Assembly: GCA_963718665.1 (NCBI GenBank) | Contig: OY970359.1 | Coordinates: 1,664,001-1,728,000 of the forward strand | Length of the DNA stretch: 64,000 bases | Reading direction: 5' to 3' | Source: an uncultured Phycisphaerales bacterium | Lineage (GTDB): Bacteria > Planctomycetota > Phycisphaerae > Sedimentisphaerales > Anaerobacaceae | Part shown: piece after piece, positions 39,148 through 48,939 of the stretch | Layout: the number at the start of each line of letters is the position of its first letter | Numbering within the stretch: position 1 is the stretch's first letter | Made by a program: the position numbers and the translations under genes | The notes under the pieces: generated by a model | The model's input: the letters and a program-made list of their open reading frames with translations, nothing else | The model's database searches: none | Told to the model about the DNA's origin: nothing

Positions 39148-40074
39148 TTACGCCGGTTTCTGCCCGCCCGCGTCTTTGGCGGATTTGTCGGCAATGTTCC
39201 GCTCGATTGCGTCTTCGAGAAGCGGATGGGCGTCAGCCAGGTTATAGAAAAAAGCGGATTTGCCTGAAAGCGACTGATAGAATACGGCAAGGTTTTTCGC
39301 TCGCTTGGCATGGCTGGAATCGGGAGGAAACCTCTGGGCCTCCATCTGGGCCGATTTCTGCATAACGACTATGATATTTCTAAGCTGCTCTTCGAGTTCC
39401 GCGCCCATGAGTATCGCTTTCTGAACGACATCTTTCAGTGGCTTTTCGAACTCTGGAGATACTATGGAAGTTTGAGACGCGACAACTATGTCTTCGAAGG
39501 TGCCCATTAATTTATCGACAACAGCCCATAAAGTGGCGCATTTGTGGAGCGTGGCTGCGGGTTTGTCCTGCGATGGCTCCGGAATCGGCACATTCAATAC
39601 TGAGTTGGCGTCTTCAATGGTTTTTTCCGCTCGTTTTATAATCGCAGGCGTTCGGATGCCTGCCGGTATGTCCGACAATGCCAGCAATGATGAGCCGTTG
39701 CAGAAGCCGCATCTTGTCATTCCGAGGCCGAAGCAGCGTTCGCAGACGGCTTCCTGCTCGATATGTCCGCAGCCGTTACATACTTCACATTGCGTGCGTC
39801 CCTTGGTGCAGAATTGACATGGATGAAAAGCGAAGGCGGTTATAAGCTGGTTGGCGGTATTTTCTCCCAGGACATCGAGCAGTTTTTTTACAATGTCGCG
39901 GTCGCCCGGCAAAATGCCTTTTTCCTGCGCCTTTAGAAACAGGTCCGCGGCTTTTTCAAACCGGCTGCCTTGGAGGTCGAGTATGACGTCCTTGACAACT
40001 ATGCCTACCTGGGTCGCGGAGGATGCCCTCGTATCTCCGGGCCGCCCATCGGATTGTTTTGGCTCTTCGCTCAT
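39148..40074 (-). CDS. Hypothetical protein with DnaJ-type CxxCxGxG zinc finger
   Basis: CQFCTKG, CEVCNGCG, CERCFGLG, CGFCNGS. Confidence 0.7.
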   Translation of the reverse strand: MSEEPKQSDGRPGDTRASSATQVGIVVKDVILDLQGSRFEKAADLFLKAQEKGILPGDRDIVKKLLDVLGENTANQLITAFAFHPCQFCTKGRTQCEVCNGCGHIEQEAVCERCFGLGMTRCGFCNGSSLLALSDIPAGIRTPAIIKRAEKTIEDANSVLNVPIPEPSQDKPAATLHKCATLWAVVDKLMGTFEDIVVASQTSIVSPEFEKPLKDVVQKAILMGAELEEQLRNIIVVMQKSAQMEAQRFPPDSSHAKRAKNLAVFYQSLSGKSAFFYNLADAHPLLEDAIERNIADKSAKDAGGQKPA

Positions 40075-40168
40075 AACTATTTTCCGTTTGGCGTTACTGT
40101 AAGCCGAATAACTCCCTGCTCCACTAATACTTAGGCGCATCCGCGTTATATGTTCGGCAATACGGCAT

Positions 40169-40657
40169 CTACTTCGTATCTTTCCTGAGTTTCTTTATCG
40201 CTTCCAGTTCGGCGATTGCCTGCCTGTCGCGGGGTCTGTTCATTGCCTTTTTGGATTCTATCAGTGCGTCAAGATTGAGCACCTGCAATCGAACGCCGCT
40301 GGTCTCCATCATAACGCTTTCCTCTTTTACCTTTTGATAATCCCCAACGCCTTTAATAGACCCAAGGCAGTCGAGCCGTCCGATGTCTGTGTCTAAGTAC
40401 AAATTCTTGAAGCTGCTGCAATTCTTCTCAGTCAGCTCAAGCTTCTGTCGGCCCGGTGTCATTCGGTGAACAGGATGCACATTGGCTATTGCCTTTTGCA
40501 AAGCAAGCAGATTTGCTGGCGAAAAATCGAGGCAGATGTCAACGTCCTGCGTCACCAGCGTGCAGCCGTATACCGTCCCCGCAAAACCGCCGACAATCAC
40601 AAAATCGACCCTGGCCTTTACCAGCCGTTCTAATAATATGATAAAATCCCCGGTCAT
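40169..40657 (-). CDS. Nucleotidyltransferase-fold protein (putative TA component)
   Basis: VGGFAG, TQDVD, LIESK, RPRD motifs. Confidence 0.8.
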   Translation of the reverse strand: MTGDFIILLERLVKARVDFVIVGGFAGTVYGCTLVTQDVDICLDFSPANLLALQKAIANVHPVHRMTPGRQKLELTEKNCSSFKNLYLDTDIGRLDCLGSIKGVGDYQKVKEESVMMETSGVRLQVLNLDALIESKKAMNRPRDRQAIAELEAIKKLRKDTK

Positions 40658-40848
40658 ACGCGTTTGGCCCTGCGCAGTTTCTCGATTGAGTTAAGTGCGA
40701 TTTGATGACGCCTGATGCGTTCGCCGTAGCTTAACTTCAGATTGTCTTTCAACGCCTCTATATCAATTCCAAACTCTGCCGCCGCCCTGACAGGGTCCGC
40801 TTTGACAGCGTTGGTTTTCGCCGATTTATTATTTCGCCGATGTGTCAT
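40654..40848 (-). CDS. Small partner protein of the nucleotidyltransferase
   Basis: FGIDIEALKDNLKLSYGERI; ATGA overlap with downstream gene. Confidence 0.7.
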   Translation of the reverse strand: MTHRRNNKSAKTNAVKADPVRAAAEFGIDIEALKDNLKLSYGERIRRHQIALNSIEKLRRAKRV

Positions 40849-40898
40849 ATCGTAAGTATAACCCAATATCAAATCTGTTCAACCAGTTTCCTTATCGG

Positions 40899-41120
40899 TT
40901 AGCCCCCAGGTCCGCCTGGGGGTCTTAAAACTTGTCGGATTTCCGCATCATTTAGCCCCCACCCCGCGAGGTGGGGGTTTGTCATTCCTGTGGCCGGGGT
41001 CATCCAAATAATATTTAGCCCCGTCATTTATGCCGGGGTTACTTTATTGCCGGGTCATTGCGAAGTTTACCCGCCTCTGGCGGGACTAACGACCAACCAC
41101 TATCGACTAACGACTATCTC
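40899..41120. repeat. Cluster of REP-like palindromes and heptamer repeats
   Basis: Three TTAGCCCC-led hairpins, a tgtcattcc element, cccgcctctggcggg, then (actaacg)-type heptamers. Confidence 0.75.
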
Positions 41121-41368
41121 AAACCCCTTGCCTCCTTCCCACTTTACCGATATACTGCCACCTTATGGCCGGAACCGGCTCGTGGAGAGAATTACACCTT
41201 CGACCGTCAACTTTGTCGTCCGGCAAACTTTTTTGTAAATAACAGGAAAATAGGCGTGGTGGCTACAGATTTAGATTTGGCTATGCGGAAAAAATGTCTG
41301 CTACAAGGTTTTACGAAATGCCAGCCGAAGATATTTACAAACACATCTAAAACATGGAGAAATGAAAA

Positions 41369-43015
41369 ATGGGCGAAAGAAAATCCCAGTTAGATAGCAT
41401 TTCAAAGGAAGAACGGCAAGAACTGATTAATAGGCTTTACGAATTTCAAAAGCACTTATGTTATGTGTGTAATGACGATATTAATCTTGCGGTTCATGGA
41501 CTTGATATAGACCACATAAAGGCCTTAGACAATGGTGGTTCTGATGAAGAATCAAATTGGGGACTTACACACGATTCTTGTAATAGGTCAAAAGGTGTTC
41601 GGGATTTACAGCTGCAACGGATATTATTCCAATTCAAAAAGCATGTTGAGAATTATACAGATAACAGCAAAGAGTTTACTTTTAATGAAGCGCTGCATGA
41701 ACTTATGCCTGAGCGACAAGAGGCAGGTTATAAAATCGAAGCCAATCAAATAAATATTTCTTGGACTAATCCTGGAGGCAGTCCGGAAACTGAAATTTAT
41801 AATCTTCTTGAAGAACCTGGAAATCCACCTGCTAAATCATTTCTATGTAGATTACCCTTCCAATGTTTGTACCATGACCGAGATATAAACCCTCGCTCCA
41901 TTGTCGATCTCGAACCCATGATCGAAGAGTTTTATAATGGTTATGTGCAGCTTCAGCCTAGCTTAGCAACCCTTACAACTAATGGTCTAGTAGGAAAAGG
42001 CCAAATACTTGTGTTTGATGGACAACACAAGGCTGCAGCTCAGCTTTATGCAAGGCGTGATCGACTCTTTGTAAGAGTGTTCCTAAATTGCGACAAGAGT
42101 AAATTGAAGGAAACTAACTATCGAGCTCATACAAAACTTGCCCAGATTCATTTTCCTCAACTTATAAATGACCGAGTAGGTGCGGATCTTTTCGCCGAAG
42201 AATTTGACCGTTTTATTGGGAAAATTGATATTGAGAAGGAATCTGAACATTCATTTTTCCGAAAGCGGTTAGACTCCTCACAGAAAAAAGAATACAAAGG
42301 TTATTTTGTTAATTATTTGAGATATAAAGTTTTGACAGGTAAAGCAGGGGCGGAAGACAATCAACTTCTTTCCTTTACAGAAACGATAACCGCAAGGGCC
42401 AAAAAACATCCGCTATCGTATGATACAGTTCAGAAAACATTTCTTCAGAATATGTTATATTTAAAGCCATCTGATGAGCCATTTAACAATTCCGAAAACT
42501 ACAGAAAATTAGAACGAGAGAATTTAATTCGACTAATGAATCTGTTCGTAGAGGAAGTCTTGGCAAATGGCCGTTTTGATTTAAAACGTGGTATATATAG
42601 AATCGAAGAGAGTTTAGCAAACGACCCAGAGTCTATTCAAGACAACCACCTGAGAGCTTATAGGATATGCCGACAGGCGGCTATGGCAATATGGACAGTT
42701 GAATTTAAGAGAGCCATAGCTCTTCTGTTGAATACAAAACAGAAATATGCCAATGGCGCTTGGTCGTCTACAAGGCCTTTATGGGTTAAGATCTCTTCAG
42801 AGGACTGGGACCAAATTCGAAAGATGGTTTGTGCAATCCGAGACCACAAGATTTGGGGCAAGCAGGCTAATTCAGATATTACAAATGCCCTTAAATCAAC
42901 AAGACAAAAGGACTGGAAAGAGATCTTGTTGCGGGGAAAACTTCCGGGTAGACAGGAGCAGTTGCTGACTCCATTAGATCAGAATTTTATTTTCCAAAGG
43001 GCGCAAGGAATTTGA
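41369..43015 (+). CDS. HNH endonuclease fused to ParB/DndB-like (DGQH) domain
   Basis: CYVC..DIDHI..GG..N..H..CNRSKG; INPR and VFDGQHKAAA; AT-rich. Confidence 0.8.
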   Translation: MGERKSQLDSISKEERQELINRLYEFQKHLCYVCNDDINLAVHGLDIDHIKALDNGGSDEESNWGLTHDSCNRSKGVRDLQLQRILFQFKKHVENYTDNSKEFTFNEALHELMPERQEAGYKIEANQINISWTNPGGSPETEIYNLLEEPGNPPAKSFLCRLPFQCLYHDRDINPRSIVDLEPMIEEFYNGYVQLQPSLATLTTNGLVGKGQILVFDGQHKAAAQLYARRDRLFVRVFLNCDKSKLKETNYRAHTKLAQIHFPQLINDRVGADLFAEEFDRFIGKIDIEKESEHSFFRKRLDSSQKKEYKGYFVNYLRYKVLTGKAGAEDNQLLSFTETITARAKKHPLSYDTVQKTFLQNMLYLKPSDEPFNNSENYRKLERENLIRLMNLFVEEVLANGRFDLKRGIYRIEESLANDPESIQDNHLRAYRICRQAAMAIWTVEFKRAIALLLNTKQKYANGAWSSTRPLWVKISSEDWDQIRKMVCAIRDHKIWGKQANSDITNALKSTRQKDWKEILLRGKLPGRQEQLLTPLDQNFIFQRAQGI

Positions 43016-43021
43016 ATTTAA

Positions 43022-43777
43022 ATGGCAACGTTAAGCAGAAAAACGCTTGGGATAACAATACAATGTTTAGAACAATGGTCTAGGACATCTATAGAAACTT
43101 TCCTTTTCGAAATGGATGTGCCAAACAACCTCGTTGTAGGCTATTCCAAAACGGAGCTTCTGCTTAATGTTTTCAGGGGACTTGAGAGTCAAGGGAGACA
43201 AGATTTGTTGGTAAGTATTGTTTCGGTGGCAGTAGAGCGTCTACAAGGTGAAAGTTTTAAAACACTAAGAGATGCGCTGTTGAAGGATGGATTTGTAGTT
43301 GGCGACGGGACAATTGTTCCGGATGTTCCGGTTGCAAAGCAAAATCGAACTTCATTAGAATTGCTTCTGGAAAGAAATACGCAATATCTTACCATCGGTA
43401 CTCTCATACACCATTTGAAAGAAAACATTGATCTATTTAGACAAGAGAAATGGGATTCTTCTATAGGCCATGCAAGAAATTTTGTAGAACAACTTTTAGA
43501 CGATATTGCTAAGGTCATTGCCAAAGCAAAAAAGGAATCGCCTGATTTGAGCAAGCCCGTTAAGGTGCGGGAGTATCTTCAGACCTGTGGTTTTTTTGAC
43601 GAGCCGGAAAAAAAGAAATTAGTGGATGGCATATATGGATATTTCAGTGAAGAAGGAGCCCATCCGGGTATCTCCGAGCAAAGCATTGCAAGGGTCTGTA
43701 TGCACATACTCTGGGCGTTCGGGTACTATGTTTTAGAAAAGTTCGAAGATTGGAAAAGCAAAAATGGCTTAAGTTGA
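43022..43777 (+). CDS. Abortive-infection-like protein (AbiJ-N/Abi_C-like)
   Basis: SIGHARNFVEQLL..I and terminal EGAH pattern; AT-rich, 6 bp after HNH gene. Confidence 0.55.
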   Translation: MATLSRKTLGITIQCLEQWSRTSIETFLFEMDVPNNLVVGYSKTELLLNVFRGLESQGRQDLLVSIVSVAVERLQGESFKTLRDALLKDGFVVGDGTIVPDVPVAKQNRTSLELLLERNTQYLTIGTLIHHLKENIDLFRQEKWDSSIGHARNFVEQLLDDIAKVIAKAKKESPDLSKPVKVREYLQTCGFFDEPEKKKLVDGIYGYFSEEGAHPGISEQSIARVCMHILWAFGYYVLEKFEDWKSKNGLS

Positions 43778-43864
43778 TAAAGAGTTGATTGAGGATTATT
43801 TGTTATTACAGGCGATAGGAACAACTAGGGACAGCCACCTATTTTTTGCTTCAAGGAATGAGAT

Positions 43865-44308
43865 ATGCGCAATTGGGATTGGTGGGGAACATATGAATTT
43901 CTAAAATTATTTGTTAAACAAAAAAGCCATCTAAATCCCCCGGTGAACTATATAACTAAAGAAGGTTTTCAATTAGGCGCTTGGATTCGTTACCAAAGAT
44001 ATCTGAAAAAGATAGGAAAACTTGATTCAAAGAAGAAAAACTTACTGGAAAAGTTGCCATATTGGTATTGGAGTGGCCAGGAAGCAAGAAAAAATATTCA
44101 GTTTTCTAAGTCACTTAAATATCTCAATGAATATATAAGTCATTATGGCAATGTATGGGTTCCAAGAAAATATATCACAAAGAATGGTTTTAAACTGGGA
44201 ACGTGGGTTGGAACTCAAAGATATCTTTTTCGCAAAGGAATACTTGATGAATGGAAACGTGAAATCCTCGAACAAATTCCAAGATGGCGTTGGACTAAGA
44301 AACAATAA
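43865..44308 (+). CDS. Stand-alone helicase-associated (HA) repeat protein
   Basis: Two repeats: YITKEGFQLGAWIRYQR / YITKNGFKLGTWVGTQR, each ending LE.LP.W.W. Confidence 0.85.
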   Translation: MRNWDWWGTYEFLKLFVKQKSHLNPPVNYITKEGFQLGAWIRYQRYLKKIGKLDSKKKNLLEKLPYWYWSGQEARKNIQFSKSLKYLNEYISHYGNVWVPRKYITKNGFKLGTWVGTQRYLFRKGILDEWKREILEQIPRWRWTKKQ

Positions 44309-44562
44309 ATACTGGGGATAGCCATTTTTTCCCGCCCCTCTCGTAGCGCAGATCCCAAGGTGGATGCTCTTCCGGTCTTCTGTCAGGGACCCAGTTTTTC
44401 TTTTCTAATTTCTTACCTCTAACTTCTCACTTCTCCCGAACAGGGATGGCCGAGCCATAGCTTTTTACCTTTTGCCTTTTGCTTTTTGATTTGAGTTCCC
44501 GCCTCCGGCGGCATCCGAATTACGATATACTAAATACTAACGACTAACCACTATCGACTAAA

Positions 44563-45471
44563 CTACGGCGGGCACTTGGCGCAGGCGGCGCGGAATAGCA
44601 TCGTGCTTAAATACCTGTCGCCGCGGTCGCAAATAATCGTAACCACCGTGCCGGATTTGATTTTTTTGGCAATCTTTACCGCTCCCGCAACTGCCGCACC
44701 GCTCGATATGCCCGCGAAGATTCCTTCCTCGGCTGCCAACCGCCGCGTCATTTCGTATGCCTCATCGTCCTCCATAATCATAACGTCGTCGAGCTTATCG
44801 CGATTATAAATCGCGGGCACAATCGACTCGGTCATATTCTTCAGCCCCTGTATTGTATGATGAGGCGTCGGCTCTATGCCGATGATTTTGACGTTCTTGA
44901 TTTTCTCTCGCAGGAATTTTCCTGTTCCCATAAGCGTTCCGGTCGTTCCCATACCGGCGACAAAATAATCAACTTTCCCATCGGCCTGTTTGAAAATCTC
45001 CGGCCCGGTTGTCTCGTAATGAGCCAGCGGGTTATTGGGGTTAGTGAACTGGTTAGGCATAAAATAAACATCAGGTTCTTTTTCGAGGATTCGTTGAGCC
45101 ATTCTGATAGCCCCGTCGGTTCCCTCATTTGCGGGCGTCATTATCACTTCCGCTCCAAACGCCTCCAGAATATGTCGTCGCTCGCTGCTCACGCAGGCGG
45201 GCAGGGTAAGTTTGACGCGATAACCCTTGGCCGCCCCAATCATCGCAAGCGCGATACCCGTATTGCCGGAGGTCGGCTCAAGAATGATTTTATCTTTGGT
45301 AAGCGAGCCATCTTCCTCGGCCTTTGTAATCATATAAAGTGCGGTGCGGTCTTTAATCGACCCGGCGGGGTTATTGCCCTCCATTTTTGCCAAAAGACGC
45401 ACCTTCGGGTTCGGGTTGACCCGTTTCAGCTCAACCATCGGCGTATTGCCAATTGACGAAAGGATACTCAT
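44563..45471 (-). CDS. cysM: Cysteine synthase (CysK/CysM family)
   Basis: IGNTP, NPAGSIKDR, EPTSGNTG, GMGTTGT, GISSGA, DRGDRYLS. Confidence 0.9.
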   Translation of the reverse strand: MSILSSIGNTPMVELKRVNPNPKVRLLAKMEGNNPAGSIKDRTALYMITKAEEDGSLTKDKIILEPTSGNTGIALAMIGAAKGYRVKLTLPACVSSERRHILEAFGAEVIMTPANEGTDGAIRMAQRILEKEPDVYFMPNQFTNPNNPLAHYETTGPEIFKQADGKVDYFVAGMGTTGTLMGTGKFLREKIKNVKIIGIEPTPHHTIQGLKNMTESIVPAIYNRDKLDDVMIMEDDEAYEMTRRLAAEEGIFAGISSGAAVAGAVKIAKKIKSGTVVTIICDRGDRYLSTMLFRAACAKCPP

Positions 45472-45663
45472 TGGATTTCTCCTATATGTTAAGATGGGCT
45501 AATAATACCATAAGATTACCGCCCATTTCAACTAATCCCCGGCCGATTTCCGGCTATGAGATAATTCTTGAAATTTACAGCCGGATTGATATACTTACGC
45601 ACCTTATTTTCAGTGGTTGTTTAAAGGTTTGCAGGATTGATTTTTAAAGGAAAGGTAACAGCA

Positions 45664-46896
45664 ATGGCAAAGGTTACAAAAGCCAATGCAGTAGTGGGTC
45701 AATCTGGAGGTCCCACCGGGGTTATTAATGCTTCACTCGTTGGCGTAATCGAAGAAGTGAAAAAACATTCCCAAATCGGCGACCTGTATGGCGCGGTTCA
45801 CGCCGTATCAGGCATCGTCAAGGACCAGTTCGTGAATCTTAAGAAGGTATCAGCCAAGACCCTCGAAATGGTCGCCGCCTCGCCCTCATCCGCTTTAGGT
45901 TCAAGCAGAGATAAGCCTGATGAAGCATACTGCGCGAATATCCTCGATGTTTTGAAAAAACGAAACGTCCGCTATTTTTATTATATCGGCGGCAACGATT
46001 CAGCTAATACCTGCCACATCATCAATACCATCGCTCAAAAGTCGGGCTATGAACTGCACGCCTGGCACGTTCCCAAGACAGTCGATAACGACCTTCTCGT
46101 TACCGACCATTGCCCCGGCTATGGTACAGCGGCGAAATTCGTCGCCTGCGCACTTATGGGCGATGACCTCGATAACCGCGCTTTGCCGGGAGTGAAAATT
46201 GACGTAATTATGGGCAGAAACGCCGGCTTCCTTACCGCCGCGGCAGCACTCGGGAAGAGAAAAGATGACGACGGCCCACACCTCGTCTATTTGCCCGAAC
46301 GGCCAGTTTCGATGGATAAGTTCCTTGCCGATGTTAACGCCGTATATACAAAGCTTGGCAGGTGCGTAATCGCCGTCAGCGAAGGTATGTGCGATACCGA
46401 CGGCGTCATCTGGACGAAGAAAGTTGTCAGCAGCGAAGAAAAAGACGCCCACGGCAATATCCAGCTTTCGGGAACCGGCGCATTGGCCGACTTCCTCGCG
46501 GGGCAGGTCAAAAACAGCTTGAAGATTAAACGCGTCCGCGCCGACACTTTCGGCTATCTCCAGAGAAGCTTCGCGGGCCTGCAATCGCCGGTTGACGCCA
46601 AAGAGGCGCGTCTCTGCGGCAGACAGGCGGTCAAGTATTCCGTAACACTGCCCGTTCGACAAGCTCAGGGCGGGCAAAGCGGCTCGGTCGCGATGAAACG
46701 CCTCAAGGGCGCAAAATATGCGATTGAATTGTTCGCCACAGAATTAAGCAGCGTTGCCGAAAAGACAAAGTCGCTGCCTGATGAATATATCAATTCCGAT
46801 GGCAACGGCGTTACAGATGCCTTTGTCAAATATGCGTTGCCGCTAACAGGCGGTTTGCCGAAAACCGAATACCTTGGCAATTACCCAAGAGTATAG
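45664..46896 (+). CDS. 6-phosphofructokinase (probably PPi-dependent)
   Basis: GQSGGPT, IGGNDS, PKTVDNDL, MGRNAG, FGYLQRS. Confidence 0.92.
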   Translation: MAKVTKANAVVGQSGGPTGVINASLVGVIEEVKKHSQIGDLYGAVHAVSGIVKDQFVNLKKVSAKTLEMVAASPSSALGSSRDKPDEAYCANILDVLKKRNVRYFYYIGGNDSANTCHIINTIAQKSGYELHAWHVPKTVDNDLLVTDHCPGYGTAAKFVACALMGDDLDNRALPGVKIDVIMGRNAGFLTAAAALGKRKDDDGPHLVYLPERPVSMDKFLADVNAVYTKLGRCVIAVSEGMCDTDGVIWTKKVVSSEEKDAHGNIQLSGTGALADFLAGQVKNSLKIKRVRADTFGYLQRSFAGLQSPVDAKEARLCGRQAVKYSVTLPVRQAQGGQSGSVAMKRLKGAKYAIELFATELSSVAEKTKSLPDEYINSDGNGVTDAFVKYALPLTGGLPKTEYLGNYPRV

Positions 46897-46966
46897 ATTA
46901 AAGTTTCTTGTCCTCCGCCAGTCCCCCCAGAGATGGCGGGACGACGGAAGGACAGGAGGGGATAAG

Positions 46967-47002
46967 GGCCTGTTCTGCTTTCAGGACAGGCCTGTTTTTT
47001 TT
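46967..47002 (+). terminator. Intrinsic terminator after pfk
   Basis: ggcctgttctg-cttt-caggacaggcc + T tract. Confidence 0.75.
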
Positions 47003-47185
47003 ATTAGCCACCGAGAATAATTTTTTTTAGCCACAGAGAACACAGAGGTCACAGAGAATTTTAGTGTTAGCCACGAAGAAGCACAAAAGGCACGAAGGGC
47101 TGCAAAAAGATATGGAGTTCTTTAATTTATCAGGGGGGTTCAATATGACAGGCAAGATATGTATAATATCACGGCATAAATATGC

Positions 47186-47214
47186 TTGACAGATGTATAT
47201 GACTATCATATACT
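47186..47214 (+). promoter_or_regulatory. brnTA promoter with overlapping palindromic operator
   Basis: TTGACA-17 nt-TATACT; perfect inverted repeat gtatatga-cta-tcatatac at 47195-47213. Confidence 0.75.
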
Positions 47215-47231
47215 ATTAAGAGAGTTGAACG

Positions 47232-47522
47232 ATGAGTATATTTGACTGCACGGGGTTTGACTGGGACAAAGCCAACGTCGAGAAAAACTGGCAAAAGCAC
47301 CGGGTCAGCCCTTTTGAATGTGAAGAGGCATTTTTCAATGAGCCGTTCTATGTAAATGAGGACGAGAGGCATTCTGAAAAAGAAACGAGGTATTATGCCC
47401 TCGGACGGACATCGGCCGGCAGATTGCTTTTCATCGTATTTACAATCAGAGGCCGATTGATAAGAGTGGTATCGGCGAGAAATATGAGCCGAAAGGAAAG
47501 AGAGGTTTATAAGTCGCTATGA
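47232..47522 (+). CDS. brnT: BrnT family toxin
   Basis: FDWDKAN..KH.VS, HSEKETR, FTIRG..IRVVSAR. Confidence 0.92.
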   Translation: MSIFDCTGFDWDKANVEKNWQKHRVSPFECEEAFFNEPFYVNEDERHSEKETRYYALGRTSAGRLLFIVFTIRGRLIRVVSARNMSRKEREVYKSL

Positions 47523-47797
47523 AAAGCGTTATTCCGAAATTCAAGAGCGAGAACAAAGAGCGTTCTTTCTGGGCCAGGCACGATTCGACTGAATTTATCG
47601 ACTGGAAGAAGGCGAAAAAGGTTGTTTTGCCGAATCTCAAGCCGTCCGTTAAAACCATCTCAATACGTCTGCCTGAAATGATGCTCGAAGAGCTTAAACT
47701 GCTGGCAAACAAGAGAGACATTCCTTATCAGTCGCTGCTGAAGATATTTCTTGCCGACCGGCTGAAAGACGAAATTGAGCATTCGTCATCAAGGTAA
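47519..47797 (+). CDS. brnA: BrnA/CopG-type antitoxin
   Basis: IPKFKSE..FW..HD, ISIRLP, IPYQSLLK RHH motif. Confidence 0.88.
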   Translation: MKSVIPKFKSENKERSFWARHDSTEFIDWKKAKKVVLPNLKPSVKTISIRLPEMMLEELKLLANKRDIPYQSLLKIFLADRLKDEIEHSSSR

Positions 47798-47821
47798 GCG
47801 TGCTTTCCCCCGCGGTTAAAG

Positions 47822-48493
47822 ATGAGTATCTTTAGCGTTAACAAGATATTTTTCACGGTTCTTGGCTATCCGATGAGCTATATCGAGCTGTCGGCTACGC
47901 TGCTAATCGCCGTCTATGTCCTGCTTATTACCCGCAAAATCGTCTGGGCGTGGCCTTTGGGGATAGTAACATTCTCGCTTTTCGCTGTTTTGTTCTACCA
48001 GGTGCGTCTGTATTCCGATTTCTTCGAGCAGTTCTACTACGTCGGCAACTGCTTCTACGGCTGGTATGTCTGGCTCGTTGCGAAAAAGAAAGCCCAAGAA
48101 GGGGAAAAAGAACTGGAAGTTTCGTACACCTCCGGCAAAGGCCGGCTGATTGCTGGCGCAATAATAGCAATCGGGGGAACTGCTGCCGGCTTTGCTATGA
48201 GCAGGATTCATACCTGGCTGCCCGCGTTGTTTCCGCAGCAGGCCGCGTATCCGTATATCGATGCGACGGCGACGGTGATGGGTTTTGTTGCTGCTGCCCT
48301 TATGACGCACAGGAAAATCGAGGCGTGGCTCCTCTGGCTTTGCGTCAACAGTATCTGCATCGGCCTGTATTACGCCAGAGACGTGAAGTTTGTCGCGATT
48401 CTGTATATCTTCTTCCTCGGCCTCGCGGTTAATGGATTGATTACCTGGGGAAAAGAACTGAGGGGAAGGCAGAAGTTAGAAGTAAGAAGTTAG
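47822..48493 (+). CDS. pnuC: PnuC-family nicotinamide riboside/vitamin transporter
   Basis: WAWPLGI, LYSD, YGWYVW, PYIDA, KIEAWLLW. Confidence 0.88.
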   Translation: MSIFSVNKIFFTVLGYPMSYIELSATLLIAVYVLLITRKIVWAWPLGIVTFSLFAVLFYQVRLYSDFFEQFYYVGNCFYGWYVWLVAKKKAQEGEKELEVSYTSGKGRLIAGAIIAIGGTAAGFAMSRIHTWLPALFPQQAAYPYIDATATVMGFVAAALMTHRKIEAWLLWLCVNSICIGLYYARDVKFVAILYIFFLGLAVNGLITWGKELRGRQKLEVRS

Positions 48494-48693
48494 AAATCAA
48501 TTTCGGATGTCGAGCAAAACATACTGTCCGCTCCACGCTGAACGCTGTTTCTTTATTGACACCTCGTTTGTGAAAATCTATAGTAGGTTTGACAGAAGAA
48601 TTTTGCTGTTGGGAAAAAGGTAGGTTTAGATAGAGTTGAGGGGAGGTAAAAATATTAAAAGAAAATAATAGGTATCTGTCCCCAGTTATTACA

Positions 48694-48939
48694 TCACGCT
48701 TGTTTGGTAAAATTTTTAGACAGATTGTTTTTGAACCACCCTTCGGCTTGTTTAATGACTTCATCCGTTGATTCACCGCGAAACTGCTGAAGGTCAAAAT
48801 TCATAATTATCCCTCCCTGTTCAGCCCAAGAACCTGATTTTTTATAATAAAACAAGCTACCAATAAAGTAACCATTGTCTTGGGCACTGACAAACAAACT
48901 TGCCTCTCCGCTCGGATAAGAGTAATTGTAACGTATCAT
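48694..48939 (-). CDS. Small hypothetical protein
   Basis: 81 aa, strong RBS aaaggag, AT-rich. Confidence 0.6.
   Translation of the reverse strand: MIRYNYSYPSGEASLFVSAQDNGYFIGSLFYYKKSGSWAEQGGIIMNFDLQQFRGESTDEVIKQAEGWFKNNLSKNFTKQA

Noticed and set aside
46905..46960. Long hairpin after pfk as SRP/6S RNA or a pnuC riboswitch
   Set aside because: Too short, lacks the conserved motifs, and is separated from pnuC by a terminator and brnTA
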